Assembly (NCBI GenBank): GCA_963758635.1 | Contig: CAVWWD010000005.1 | Span: 64,001 to 128,000 of the forward strand | DNA: 64,000 nucleotides | From: an uncultured Candidatus Rokubacteria bacterium | GTDB taxonomy: Bacteria; Methylomirabilota; Methylomirabilia; Rokubacteriales; CSP1-6 | Direction: 5' to 3' | Shown here: in pieces, positions 20,523 through 30,682 of the stretch | Layout: every line of letters starts with the position of its first letter | How positions within the stretch are numbered: position 1 is the stretch's first letter | The notes under the pieces: model-generated | What the model was told of the DNA's origin: nothing | Seen by the model: the letters and a program-made list of their open reading frames with translations, nothing else | The model's database searches: none | Translations under genes and position numbers: made by a program

Positions 20523-22232
20523 TCAGGGCGCCGGCGGCCGGGCGGCCAGGACCGAGAAGTCCCGCGACCCGAGGCGGTCGCGCCAGAGACGGCGGAGCGG
20601 CGCCGTGTCCTGCTCGCGCGCCTCCGCCTCGTCCGCGACGAGAGCGACCAGGCCGGGGTGGGCGGCGACGAGCCGGGCGAGCTCGGCGCCCTTCTGCACC
20701 TGGATGACCGGCCGCTCCAGGTAAAAGCTGAGCGCGAGCCCGTGCACGCCCCACGCGACCAGCGGCTCGGCGCCAGGTAGCCGGCGCTCCATCTCGGCGC
20801 GCACCCGCGGGTAGTCGTTGGCCGCGTTGTAGCGCTCGAGATCCCAGTGGTGGGCCGCCACCACGAGCACCGCGCTCGCCACCCACGCCGCCACGAACGG
20901 CCCCGGCCAGCGCCGGCCGCGCATCCCCACGACGAGCGCGCCCAGCATGACGGCGAGCGAGGCGCCGAGCACCGCCAGCTCGAGCCTGGTCGCCGGCAGC
21001 TCCGCCTCGGTGGGCCAGCGGCCCAGCGCGGCGATGGTCAGCGCGACCGCGAGCGCCACCGCCCCGGCCCCCGCGTAGACCAGCGAGAGGAGCCGCCCGC
21101 TGGGGCGCACCGCCGAGCCTTGTTTCCACGGCATTTCCATATCCGCTCGCCTCGCCTTCGGCTGCGGCTCGCCCTGCTGTTTCCACGGCATTTCCATATC
21201 CGCTCGCCTCGCCTTCGGCTGCGGCTCGCCCTGCCATCCGAACCACCAGCCGATCAGGAGCGCGGCGATCGGGCCCAGCGGCACGTAGTAGCGGTACCGC
21301 TGCGCCTGCGACAGCGCGAGGGCGAGGAACAGCAGGCCGAGGCTCGCCAGCACGAAGCCCAGCGCGCGTGACTCGGGAGCGCGCTCGCGCCGGGCCGCGA
21401 TGGCCTGGGCGAGGGCGGCGGGGAGCGCGATGACCCACGGGTAGAGGCTGCCGAGCGCGTGCTGGAACGGCATCGTCAGCGTCGAGAGCCGAAGCCGCCG
21501 GGGCACGTACCAGAAGAGCTGGTTCCACACGAACACGTCGCTGGTCGCGGAGGCGTCCGACGAAAGGCCGAGGAGCCACCACGGGATCACGAGGACGGCC
21601 ACGAGGACCGCGCCACGCGCCAGCCGGAGGCGCCGCCCCGCGCCGACGAAGCCGGGGAGCCACGGGAGGATCGCCGCGACGAGCAGCGGGAGGAGCCCGG
21701 CCGGCCCCTTGACCCAGAACCCCGCGCCGACCAGGACGTAGAACGCGACCCAGTGGCGAGTGGCGCCCCCGTCCACGATCTCCCACAGCATCCACAGGCT
21801 CGCCAGGACGAAGGCGGTGAGCAGCATGTCGGGCAGCGGGATGCGGGCGTGGACGTAGATGCCCTGCGTGGTCAGGGCGACGAGCGCGGCCAGCACCCCC
21901 GCCCGCGGACCGAACAGGCGCGCGCCCAGCCGCCACACGCAGAGCGCGGTGGCCACCGCCGCCGCCGCCGAGGGCAGCACGGCGGTGAGCTGCGTGACGC
22001 GCCCCGCCGGCCACGACACCACCGCGACGAGCCACGCGAGGAGCAGCGGCTTGTTCCGGTAGGTGCGCCCGCCGATCTCGGGGAAGAGGAGGTTGCCCTG
22101 GTCGAGCAGGGCCTGTCCGAGGACGGCGAAGCGGGCCTCGTCGTTGTTCCCGAGGATGCGGCGGCCGAGGTCGATGGCCACGAGGACCAGCGCGGCCAGC
22201 AGCACGAGGAGGAGATCGCGACGGCTCCGCAC
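20523..22232 (-). CDS. ArnT/PMT-like GT-C glycosyltransferase with a repeat-derived insertion
   Basis: NDEARF, NKPLL, PDMLLT, KGPAG; multiple TM segments. Confidence 0.75.
   Translation of the reverse strand: MRSRRDLLLVLLAALVLVAIDLGRRILGNNDEARFAVLGQALLDQGNLLFPEIGGRTYRNKPLLLAWLVAVVSWPAGRVTQLTAVLPSAAAAVATALCVWRLGARLFGPRAGVLAALVALTTQGIYVHARIPLPDMLLTAFVLASLWMLWEIVDGGATRHWVAFYVLVGAGFWVKGPAGLLPLLVAAILPWLPGFVGAGRRLRLARGAVLVAVLVIPWWLLGLSSDASATSDVFVWNQLFWYVPRRLRLSTLTMPFQHALGSLYPWVIALPAALAQAIAARRERAPESRALGFVLASLGLLFLALALSQAQRYRYYVPLGPIAALLIGWWFGWQGEPQPKARRADMEMPWKQQGEPQPKARRADMEMPWKQGSAVRPSGRLLSLVYAGAGAVALAVALTIAALGRWPTEAELPATRLELAVLGASLAVMLGALVVGMRGRRWPGPFVAAWVASAVLVVAAHHWDLERYNAANDYPRVRAEMERRLPGAEPLVAWGVHGLALSFYLERPVIQVQKGAELARLVAAHPGLVALVADEAEAREQDTAPLRRLWRDRLGSRDFSVLAARPPAP
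21121..21234. repeat. Repeat family D, perfect 2 x 57-bp tandem, in frame inside the CDS
   Basis: Identical units 21121-21177 and 21178-21234 encoding QGEPQPKARRADMEMPWKQ twice. Confidence 0.9.
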
Positions 22233-22255
22233 CTCAGGTCACGGAGGGTTCACGG

Positions 22256-22308
22256 TGTGTTCCACTTCATTTCCATGTGCGCTCCGCTCGCCTGCGGCTC
22301 GCTTCGCC
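22256..22308. repeat. Repeat family D, diverged intergenic copy
   Basis: TTCCACTTCATTTCCATGTGCGCTCCGCTCGCCTGCGGCTCGC resembles the 57-bp unit. Confidence 0.6.
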
Positions 22309-22422
22309 AGGCCACACGGCGCGAGGATAGCACGGGGGCGGGCGGGCCTTTGCCGTTCGGCCCGCGGCCATGATCTACTCACGTCGTCGGAACGCGGTTC
22401 CCGGGGAGGCGATTGAACGACG

Positions 22423-24108
22423 ATGGCGCTCGATCGGATCACGGTCTCGGTGGTGCAGTACCGGCTGGAGTCGATCGTCCAGGAGATGGGCGAGGCGATG
22501 CTCCGCACGGCCTACTCCCAGATCCTCAACTCGAGCCGCGACTTCTCGACCGCGGTGTTCGACCGCGACGGCCGGCTCGCCGCGCAGGCCGAGCACGTGC
22601 CGATCCACGTGGGCGCGCTACCGTGGGCGGTCGAGGCTGTGCGGGAGTTCTTCGCCGGACGGATCCGCCCGGGGGACCTCTACCTCCTCAACGACCCGTA
22701 TCACGGCGGCAACCACCTCCCCGACCTCACCGTGCTGCTGCCCGTGTTCGTGGGCGGCGAGCTCGTGTTCTGGTCGATCAACCGGGCCCACCAGAGCGAC
22801 ATCGGGGGCGCCACCCACGGCGCCTACAATCCGGCGGCGACCGAGATCTGGCAGGAGGGCGTGCGCATCCCGCCGCTCAAGCTCTGGGACGCGGGCGAGC
22901 TGCGGGACGACGTGCTCCACATGGTGGCCACGAACGTCCGGCAGCCGCGCGAGTTCCGGGGCGACCTCGCGGCGATGATCGGGTCGGCGCGGGTGGGGGA
23001 GCGCCGGCTGCTGAAGCTCGTGGAGGAGTACGGCGTCCCCACGACCATGGAGGCGGTGGGCGAGGTCCTGGACGGCGCCGAGCGCCAGGCGCGCGCCACG
23101 ATCCGGGAGTGGAAGGACGGCGTCTTCCGCGGGGAGTCGGTGCTGGACGACGACGGGCACGGCATCACCGACATCGCGATCCGCGCCACCGTGACCAAGC
23201 GCGGCGACAGCCTCGTCGTGGACCTCTCCGACTCCCACGACCAGGTGATCGGGTTCGTGAACTCCTCGTACCCCAACACGATCTCCGCCGTGCACATGGC
23301 CCTCGCGTACCTCCTCGATCCGCGCACGCCGAAGAACGAGGGCACGTTCCGCCCCGTGACGGTGAAGGCGCGCCAGGGCACCGTGGTGTGGCCGTTCCCG
23401 CCCGCGCCGGTCACGCTCGCCACCAACCACTGCGCGCAGGAGATCGCCGAGGCCATCATCAAGGCGCTGGCGCGGAGCTGCCCGGATCGCGCCATCGCGG
23501 GCTGGTCGCGGCGCTTCCGCATCGCCATCACCGGCACGAACCCGAGGAACCGGCGCCCGTTCATCTGGCACCTCTTCCACGCCCGCGGCGGCGGCGGCGC
23601 CTCTCCGGTCGGCGACGGGTGGGAGACGGCGGGCGAGGGGCAGGCGGCGGGCGGGATCAAGTTCGGGAGCGTGGAGGTCGCGGAGAACCGCTTCCCGCTC
23701 TTCTTCGAGCTCCACGAGTTCCGTCCCGGCTCCGCGGGCGACGGCCGGCACCGCGGCGGCGTGGGATCCGTCCTCAAGCTCCACATGGAGACGGACGCCC
23801 CCGCCCGCGGCAACACCGCGGGCGACGGCGTCCGCCACTCGGCCTACGGCCTCCTTGGGGCGGCGACGGCCTGCCCCACCGCTATCGCCTCGTCTCGAAG
23901 GGCCGGACGCGGGAGCTCAAGACCAAGGAGGTGGGCGTGCCCATCATGCCCGGCGACCACTTCATCGTCGAGTCGATGGGCGGCGGCGGCTGGGGCAACC
24001 CGCACCGCCGCGACCCCGCCGCCCGCCAGCGCGACCGCGAAAACGGCGTCGTCACCACCACCCCGCGCCGCGCGCCGCAAGAAGCCCCGCCGCGCCGGAG
24101 CCCGCTAG
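22423..24108 (+). CDS. Hydantoinase B / oxoprolinase family (frameshift near 23858, probably another near 24075)
   Basis: RTAYS, DFS, NDPYHGGNHLPD, HQSDIGG; C-terminal GGGGWG lies in another frame; true end uncertain. Confidence 0.85.
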   Translation: MALDRITVSVVQYRLESIVQEMGEAMLRTAYSQILNSSRDFSTAVFDRDGRLAAQAEHVPIHVGALPWAVEAVREFFAGRIRPGDLYLLNDPYHGGNHLPDLTVLLPVFVGGELVFWSINRAHQSDIGGATHGAYNPAATEIWQEGVRIPPLKLWDAGELRDDVLHMVATNVRQPREFRGDLAAMIGSARVGERRLLKLVEEYGVPTTMEAVGEVLDGAERQARATIREWKDGVFRGESVLDDDGHGITDIAIRATVTKRGDSLVVDLSDSHDQVIGFVNSSYPNTISAVHMALAYLLDPRTPKNEGTFRPVTVKARQGTVVWPFPPAPVTLATNHCAQEIAEAIIKALARSCPDRAIAGWSRRFRIAITGTNPRNRRPFIWHLFHARGGGGASPVGDGWETAGEGQAAGGIKFGSVEVAENRFPLFFELHEFRPGSAGDGRHRGGVGSVLKLHMETDAPARGNTAGDGVRHSAYGLLGAATACPTAIASSRRAGRGSSRPRRWACPSCPATTSSSSRWAAAAGATRTAATPPPASATAKTASSPPPRAARRKKPRRAGAR

Positions 24109-24130
24109 TGGAGCCGCCGGGCAGGCCAGA

Positions 24131-24218
24131 AGCATGGCAGAACGGCAGACCATGGCAGAACGGCAGCAGCATGGCAGAGCGGCAGAGCATGGCAGAACGG
24201 CAGAGCATGGCAGAGCGG
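24131..24218. repeat. 18-bp tandem repeat x5
   Basis: AGCATGGCAGA(A/G)CGGCAG units with minor variants, no spacers. Confidence 0.85.
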
Positions 24219-24247
24219 GAGAACTGGCGGTCAACAGCGGGCCGGCC

Positions 24248-24395
24248 GGGGGCGGTGGGGAGGCACCTGGGGTCGCGGGGCCCTTCCCCTCCTTCGGTCG
24301 GCGGACCCCGCGCGCCCGGATGGAGCCCAGCTACAGCGGGGCAGCGCACGCGTGCGGCGTGGTTCCGCGACCCCAGGTGCCTCCCCGCCGCCCCC
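24248..24395. repeat. Repeat family B (~148 bp, long terminal inverted repeats), copy 1
   Basis: GGGGGCGGTGGGGAGGCACCTGGGGTCGCGG ... CCGCGACCCCAGGTGCCTCCCCGCCGCCCCC. Confidence 0.9.
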
Positions 24396-24441
24396 GCCCG
24401 AGCGCGCATGCGCCCAGGGGCAACACAGGGAGCGCGCTGAG

Positions 24442-26541
24442 ATGCTGCGCATCGGCATCGACGTCGGCGGCACCTTCACCGACTTGGTCGCGGTGGACGC
24501 CAACGGCCGCGTCACGTTCGCCAAGGCGGCGTCGACGCCCGCCGACCCGTCGATCGGCGTGATGGACGGCCTGGAGGTACTCGCCGCCGCGCTCGGCACC
24601 GACACGCGCGCGCTCCTCGGCAACACCGAGCGCATCGTCCACGGCACCACGGTCGCCACCAACGCGCTGCTCGAGCGGAAGGGCGCGCGCGTCGGCCTCC
24701 TGACCACCGAGGGCCACCGCGACGTGATCGAGATGCGCGAGGGCCTGAAGGACGACCGCTACAACCTGCGCATGCCGCCGCCCGTGCCGCTCGTCCCTCG
24801 CGCGCTCCGCATCCCCGTGACGGAGCGGATGCGCTTCGACGGCCGGCGCGCCACCGCGCTCGACGCCCGCTCGCTGGCCTCGGCGGTGGAGCGCCTGCGG
24901 ACGGAGGGCGTGCAGAGCGTCGCCGTCTGCTATCTCCACTCGTACCGGGACGCGCGGCACGAGCAGGAGACGCGGCGGCTCCTCGCGCGCCGGCTGCCCG
25001 CCGCCTACATCTCGCTCTCGTCCGAGGTCCTTCCGCAGATCAAGGAGTACGAGCGCTTCGGCACGACGGTGGTGAACGCCTACGTCGGGCCCGCGCTCTC
25101 CGGCTACCTGCGCGCGCTGGCCGCGCGGCTCGAGCCCGCGGGCTTCGCCGGCGAGGTGCTGATCATGCAGTCGCACGGCGGCGTGGCCACCATCGACGAC
25201 TCCATCCGCCTCGCCGCCGGGGCGGTGCTCTCCGGGCCCGCGGGCGGGATCGCCGCCGGCCGCTGGGCCGCGCGCGTCGCCGATCTCTGGGGCGACGGAG
25301 CGCCCGGCAACCTGATCAGCTTCGACATGGGCGGCACGAGCACGGACATCGCGCTCCTGGAGAGCGGCGAGCCGCAGCTCACCGGCGACAAGTCGGTGGC
25401 GGGCAGCCGCGTGGCGCTCCCCAGCATCGACATCCACACGCTGGGCGCGGGCGGCGGGTCCATCGCCCACGTCGATGCCGGGGCGATCCTCCACGTGGGG
25501 CCGGAGAGCGCGGGCGCCGATCCCGGCCCCGCGTGCTACGGGCGCGGCGGCGCCGCGGCCACCGTCACCGACGCCAACGTCGTCCTGGGCTACCTCGACC
25601 CCGCGAACTTCCTCGGCGGCCGCGCGCGGCTCGACGCGGCCCGCGCCGAGCAGGCGGTGGCCCAGGTCGCGCGCGCCCTCGGCTCGTCGCTGCTCGCCGC
25701 CGCCGAGGGCGTGCATCGCGTGATCAACACCAACATGGCCGAGGGCATCCGGCTCGTGTCCGTCCGGCGGGGCGCGGACCCGCGACGCTTCGCCGTGCTC
25801 TCGTTCGGGGGCGCGGCCGGGCTCCACGTCACCGAGGTGGCCCGCATGCTCGAGATCGGCCGCGTGGTCGTGCCCCGCACCGCCGCCGTGCTATCGGCAT
25901 GGGGCATGCTCGCCACCGATCTCCGCTACGAGCTCGTGCGCACCTACTCGGGGCCGGCGCTGGACGGCGGGCCGGGGCCGGCCGCGTCCCGGGCCACGCG
26001 ACGGAACCGCGCCGCCACCGACTTGCGGCGGCTGTTCCAGGAGATGGAAGCCGAGGGCCGCGCCCGGCTCGGCGCCGCCCCGGCTGGCGAGGTCCGGATC
26101 CGGCGCTCGGTGGACATGCGCTACGGCGAGCAGGTGTTCGAGATCCAGGTGTCGCTCGATGGGCTCGACGTGGACGCCGCGGACCTCCTGGACCAGGTGG
26201 CGGCGCGCTTCCACCGGCGCCACGAGGAGCTCTACACCTATAGCTCGCCCGATCAGGACGTGGTGCTGGTCAACGCCCGCGTGGCGGTGATCGGCGTGCT
26301 GCCGGCGCTGCCCGTGGAGCCCGCGGTCACGGGCGAGGGCACGCTGGCCCCGCGGGGGAGCCGGCGCATCCACCTCGGCCGCTGGATCGAGGCGCCGGTG
26401 TACGACCTGGATGCCCTCCGCGCCGACCACGAGGTGAAGGGCCCGGGCATCTTCGAGTCGGCCACGACCACCGTGCTCATCCGGGAAGACGAGCGGGCGC
26501 GCGCCACCGCCCACGGTTGGCTGGACATCCGGCTCGGCTGA
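24442..26541 (+). CDS. Hydantoinase A / oxoprolinase family
   Basis: GIDVGGTFTD, HGTTVATNALLE, LSGPAGG, DMGGTSTD, GAGGGSIA. Confidence 0.9.
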   Translation: MLRIGIDVGGTFTDLVAVDANGRVTFAKAASTPADPSIGVMDGLEVLAAALGTDTRALLGNTERIVHGTTVATNALLERKGARVGLLTTEGHRDVIEMREGLKDDRYNLRMPPPVPLVPRALRIPVTERMRFDGRRATALDARSLASAVERLRTEGVQSVAVCYLHSYRDARHEQETRRLLARRLPAAYISLSSEVLPQIKEYERFGTTVVNAYVGPALSGYLRALAARLEPAGFAGEVLIMQSHGGVATIDDSIRLAAGAVLSGPAGGIAAGRWAARVADLWGDGAPGNLISFDMGGTSTDIALLESGEPQLTGDKSVAGSRVALPSIDIHTLGAGGGSIAHVDAGAILHVGPESAGADPGPACYGRGGAAATVTDANVVLGYLDPANFLGGRARLDAARAEQAVAQVARALGSSLLAAAEGVHRVINTNMAEGIRLVSVRRGADPRRFAVLSFGGAAGLHVTEVARMLEIGRVVVPRTAAVLSAWGMLATDLRYELVRTYSGPALDGGPGPAASRATRRNRAATDLRRLFQEMEAEGRARLGAAPAGEVRIRRSVDMRYGEQVFEIQVSLDGLDVDAADLLDQVAARFHRRHEELYTYSSPDQDVVLVNARVAVIGVLPALPVEPAVTGEGTLAPRGSRRIHLGRWIEAPVYDLDALRADHEVKGPGIFESATTTVLIREDERARATAHGWLDIRLG

Positions 26542-26602
26542 AGCCGCCGGCCGGCTCGACATCCGGCTCGACTGAGCGCACGGCAGCAACAGCGCGCTGC
26601 CC

Positions 26603-26750
26603 GGGGGCGGTGGGGAGGCACCTGGGGTCGAGGGGCCCTTCCCCTCAGTCGGGCATCGGACCCCGCGCGCCCGGATGGAGCCCAGTCACAGCGGGGCAGC
26701 GCACGCGTGCGGCGTGGTCCCGCGACCCCAGGTGCCTCCCCGCCGCCCCC
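26603..26750. repeat. Repeat family B, copy 2
   Basis: Near-identical to 24248-24395, same orientation. Confidence 0.9.
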
Positions 26751-26825
26751 GCCCGAGCGCGCACTTGCCCAGGGCCACCGAAGGAGCCCGTTGCTCGATA
26801 GCCGGCCCGGTAAGCGCGCGGCGCG

Positions 26826-29168
26826 TCAGCGCGCGGCGCGACACGCCTCCCAGACCCGCTCCGCGCTCACCGGAAGGGTCCGGAGGCCGGGCCCGCGCCG
26901 GGCGATCGCGTCCTCGACGGCGTTGGCGATGACGACGGGCGGCGAGATGATCCCGCTCTCGCCCACGCCCTTGATGCCGACCTCGTTGATCATCGACGCG
27001 TGGTCCAGCGCGAGGACGTCGAGCGCGGGCACGATCCCCGCCGTCGGCAGCGCGTACTCCATCAGCGTGCCGGTGAGGAGCTGCCCCGCGCCGTCGTACA
27101 CGATCTCCTCCATGAGCGCGGCGCCCAGCCCCTGGACGATCCCGCCGTGGAGCTGTCCCTCCACCACCATGGGATTGATCGGCCGGCCGCAGTCGTGGAC
27201 GGCGGCATAGCGGAGGACGCGCACCGCGCCGGTCTCGGCGTCCACCTCGACCAGGCCGACGTGGGCGCCGAAGGCCCACGTGACGGTGCCCGGATAGAAG
27301 AAGGCGCAGGCGTGGAGCCCCGGCGCGCCCTCGCGCGCCAGCGCCCGGCTGCGCACCGATGCGGAGGCGACGCGCGCCAGCGGGACCGACCGGCCCGGCA
27401 CGCCGGCGACGTGGGCGTGGCCGCCTTCCAGCACCACGTCGTCCGCCGCGGCTTCCAGGATCTCCGCGGCCACGAGCCGCGCCTTGCGCGCCACCTCGCG
27501 CGCGGAGCGGGCGACCGCGGGGCCGGCCACGGCGGCGACGCGGCTCGCGATCGTGCCCATGCCGTGCCGCATCACCGAGGTGTCGCCGCCGATGACCACG
27601 ACGCGATCCACCGGAACCGACAGCTCCGCCGCGGCGATCTGGGCGAGCGTCGTCTCGTGGGCCTGGCCCTGGGAGGACACGCCGACCAGCACGTGCACGG
27701 TGCCCTGGCCGTCGACGCGCACGTCGGCGCCCTCGAAGGGGCCGATGCCCGTGCCCTCCACGTAGGCGGAGAGGCCGATGCCGATCGGCCGCGGGCCGTC
27801 CTGCCGGCGGCGCTGCTCCTCGCGCCAGCGCCCGTACTCGAAGCGCTCGAGGAGACGATCGAACGCCGCCGGGTAGTCGGCGGGGTCGTACACGATGGGC
27901 TCTCCGTCGCGATAGGTGAGTCCCGTCGCGTACGGCATCGCGCCGGGGGCGATCAGGTTCCGCCGCCGCAGCTCCGCCGGATCCATGTCGATCGCGCGCG
28001 CCGCGCGGTCGAGGAGCCGGTCGAGCACGAACGCCGCCTCCGGGCGGCCCGCGCCGCGGTAGGCGGCCGAGAACGTCTTGTGGGTGACGACGTTCACGGC
28101 GCGCGCCCGGTAGTTCTCGACGCGGTAGGGGCCGGGGAGGTGGTTGATGGTGTTCCGCCCGATCACGTCCTCGAGCATCGGGTACGCGCCGTGATCCCGC
28201 GTGAACAACGTCTCGATCGCGGTGATCGCCCCGTCCGCGCCGACGCCGATCCGCGCCCGGTGGCGCTGGTCGCGGTCCGGGGCCGACGACCAGAGATGCT
28301 CGCGCCGCGACTCGACCCACTTCACGGGCCGGCCGAGCCGCGCCGCGACCAGCGGGATCAGGACGTCCTCGGGGTAGCAGTGGCCCTTGCCCCCGAAACC
28401 GCCACCGACGTCGGGGGCGATGACGCGCACGCGCTCCTCGCTGATGCCGAGCGCGCGCGCCACCGCCGCGCGCACCGCGTACGGCACCTGCGTCGAGGTC
28501 CAGACCGTGAACACGAGATCGGGGCCGGCGGGGCGGGCGAGCACCCCGCGCGGCTCGATGGGCATCGGCGCCACCCGGGGGATCAGGAGCTCTGCCTCCA
28601 CGACGGCGGCGGCGGCGGCGAAGCCGCGCCCGGGATCGCCGATGCTCGCCGCCGACACGCCGACGACGTTGTCCGGCCAGTCCGCGAAGACACGGGGGGC
28701 CCCGGGCGCGAGCGCCTCGTCCACGGTGACCACGGCGGGGAGCGGCTCGAGGTCCACCACCAGCGCGTCCGCGGCGTCGGCGGCGCGGTACGGATCGTCG
28801 GCGACGACGACGGCCACCGCCTCGCCCGCGTGCCTCGCCTCGCCGGCGGCGAGCGCGGGATGCCGGTGGACGCGGAACGACGGCGACGGCACGAGCGGCG
28901 GCACCGCGTCGGAGACGTTGGGGAGGTCCGCCGCGGTGATCACGGCGACGACGCCGGGCAGGGCCAGCGCGGGGCCGGCCTCGATCCCGCGGATACGGGC
29001 GCGCGCGTACGGGCTCCGCACGATCGCCGCGTGCGCCACGCCCGGCACGCGGAGGTCGTCCACGAACTGGCCCCGGCCGACGACGAGGCGCTCGTCCTCC
29101 TTGCGCTTGATGGCCGCGCCGAACGGCGGAGGCAGCGGGCGCGGCGCGCTCCCGTGCGTGTCGCTCAC
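26826..29168 (-). CDS. Xanthine dehydrogenase family Mo-binding subunit (form II CoxL-like)
   Basis: GGGFGGK, AYRGAGR motif, GQAHET, GVGESG. Confidence 0.85.
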   Translation of the reverse strand: MSDTHGSAPRPLPPPFGAAIKRKEDERLVVGRGQFVDDLRVPGVAHAAIVRSPYARARIRGIEAGPALALPGVVAVITAADLPNVSDAVPPLVPSPSFRVHRHPALAAGEARHAGEAVAVVVADDPYRAADAADALVVDLEPLPAVVTVDEALAPGAPRVFADWPDNVVGVSAASIGDPGRGFAAAAAVVEAELLIPRVAPMPIEPRGVLARPAGPDLVFTVWTSTQVPYAVRAAVARALGISEERVRVIAPDVGGGFGGKGHCYPEDVLIPLVAARLGRPVKWVESRREHLWSSAPDRDQRHRARIGVGADGAITAIETLFTRDHGAYPMLEDVIGRNTINHLPGPYRVENYRARAVNVVTHKTFSAAYRGAGRPEAAFVLDRLLDRAARAIDMDPAELRRRNLIAPGAMPYATGLTYRDGEPIVYDPADYPAAFDRLLERFEYGRWREEQRRRQDGPRPIGIGLSAYVEGTGIGPFEGADVRVDGQGTVHVLVGVSSQGQAHETTLAQIAAAELSVPVDRVVVIGGDTSVMRHGMGTIASRVAAVAGPAVARSAREVARKARLVAAEILEAAADDVVLEGGHAHVAGVPGRSVPLARVASASVRSRALAREGAPGLHACAFFYPGTVTWAFGAHVGLVEVDAETGAVRVLRYAAVHDCGRPINPMVVEGQLHGGIVQGLGAALMEEIVYDGAGQLLTGTLMEYALPTAGIVPALDVLALDHASMINEVGIKGVGESGIISPPVVIANAVEDAIARRGPGLRTLPVSAERVWEACRAAR

Positions 29169-30616
29169 AGCCGCAGGAGCCCGACCACGGTCGCGGTGAC
29201 GAGCAGGTTATTGCAGGCGTGGGCGATGATCGCGGGCCACAGGCTCCCGGTGCGCTGGTAGGCGTAGGCCCAGAGAATGCCGCTCCACATCACCGAGGCG
29301 AATCCGGCCAGGCCGTAGCCGTGGGCCGCGGCGAAGATCAGCGCGCTGGCCAGGGCCGCCGGCGTCACCGGCAGGAGCCGGCGCAGCGTGGCGAAGCCGA
29401 CGCCGCGGAACATCGCCTCCTCGACGAGCGGCGTCCACAGCACGGTGTCCACGCTGTCCACCGCGACCAGCCACCACGGCTTCCACAGGAGATCCTCGGG
29501 CAGGCCGTCCGCCCAGTGGCTGGGGAAGTCGAGCCACGACGCGGCGACGCCGATCAGCGCCTCGCCGAGAGTGCCGAGCGCGACCAGCGCGAGGGTGATC
29601 GCGACGAGCCCACCGAGCCGCGAGCGCGCGACGCCCAGCCCGAACGTGGCCACGACCGACTCGCCGTGCTTCCCGAGGTACCAGGCGAGCCACGCCAGGG
29701 CAGGAGCGCCGGCGAGGAAGCCGCCCGCGCTGAGCAGAATGTCGTGGCCGGACAGGAGCGCGCCGGGGAGCCAGGCGAGGAGGAGGAAGCCGCACGCGCC
29801 GCGCACGAACAGCCCGTACCCGTCGGCGACGGGCCAGCGCGCGGGCAGGGGCGCCCCGGCGAGGGCAGGGGCGCCGTGGACGACGACGGCCCGCAACGCG
29901 GCGACCCCGGACACCAGCAGCGCGAGCTCGGCGAGGACGAGCACGCGCCAGCGCATCAGGAGGCTCCGGCCGCGCGCAAGGATCGACGCCTCCGCCTCCT
30001 GGCGTCCTCGCTCGTCGCCGATCCGCTCGGCGATCCGCGCCGCGAGCGTGTCGGTGAACCAGTTCGAGGGCATCGAGGACCGGAGCTCGGCGAGGGCGTC
30101 CGCGGCGGCCTCGGGATCCTGGGCGGTGTCGCCGTAGGCGGCGAGCAGCCACTCCGCGCGCCGCGCGTCCGGCCCGTGGAGCGCGCCGGCGCGCGCCCGC
30201 GCCGCAGCACCGCGTCCCGCCTCGGCGAGCAGCACGGCCAGGTAGAGATCCGCCGCGCCGCTGCCCGGCGCCGACTCGTCCTCGGTCAGCTCCGTGTACC
30301 AGGCGATGGGGTCGTCGAGATCGGCGTCGTTGACCCCGAGCAGCGCGCCCAGGGTCTGCTGGACCGGCGACGCGCGGGCGAAGGCCTCGCGCAGGTCGAG
30401 CGTCCGCGTGACGACGCGGGTCAAGGACGCCTCGGGCGCGTCGAGTCCAGCGATGGGCGACGGGTCGCGGCCCACGACCAGCAGGGCGACGAGGAGCGCC
30501 ACGACGAGGGAGCACGTGACGGTGACCGAGCGCCAGAGGATCGCCCGGGGGCGCGGGGCTTCGGGAGCGTCCGACATCGGGGTCGCCGCGAGGGCGGGGG
30601 ACGGCGGGGTGGACAT
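29165..30616 (-). CDS. CPBP (CAAX/Abi) intramembrane metalloprotease with N-terminal extension
   Basis: EEAMFRG, FAAAH, AHACNN motifs. Confidence 0.75.
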   Translation of the reverse strand: MSTPPSPALAATPMSDAPEAPRPRAILWRSVTVTCSLVVALLVALLVVGRDPSPIAGLDAPEASLTRVVTRTLDLREAFARASPVQQTLGALLGVNDADLDDPIAWYTELTEDESAPGSGAADLYLAVLLAEAGRGAAARARAGALHGPDARRAEWLLAAYGDTAQDPEAAADALAELRSSMPSNWFTDTLAARIAERIGDERGRQEAEASILARGRSLLMRWRVLVLAELALLVSGVAALRAVVVHGAPALAGAPLPARWPVADGYGLFVRGACGFLLLAWLPGALLSGHDILLSAGGFLAGAPALAWLAWYLGKHGESVVATFGLGVARSRLGGLVAITLALVALGTLGEALIGVAASWLDFPSHWADGLPEDLLWKPWWLVAVDSVDTVLWTPLVEEAMFRGVGFATLRRLLPVTPAALASALIFAAAHGYGLAGFASVMWSGILWAYAYQRTGSLWPAIIAHACNNLLVTATVVGLLRL

Positions 30617-30682
30617 GCGCGACGCGAGTATAGCACCGGCCGCGCGGCCGCCTCCGGGCCGAGTCTGCTATCGTGGACGGCG

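Noticed and set aside
21121..21234. Possible CRISPR repeat-spacer unit
   Set aside because: Two identical adjacent units with no spacer.
24131..24218. Possible CRISPR array
   Set aside because: Contiguous 18-bp units with no unique spacers, and no cas genes in the window.
26826..29168. True aerobic CO dehydrogenase (form I)
   Set aside because: Has AYRGAGR, not AYxCSFR, and lacks adjacent coxMS.
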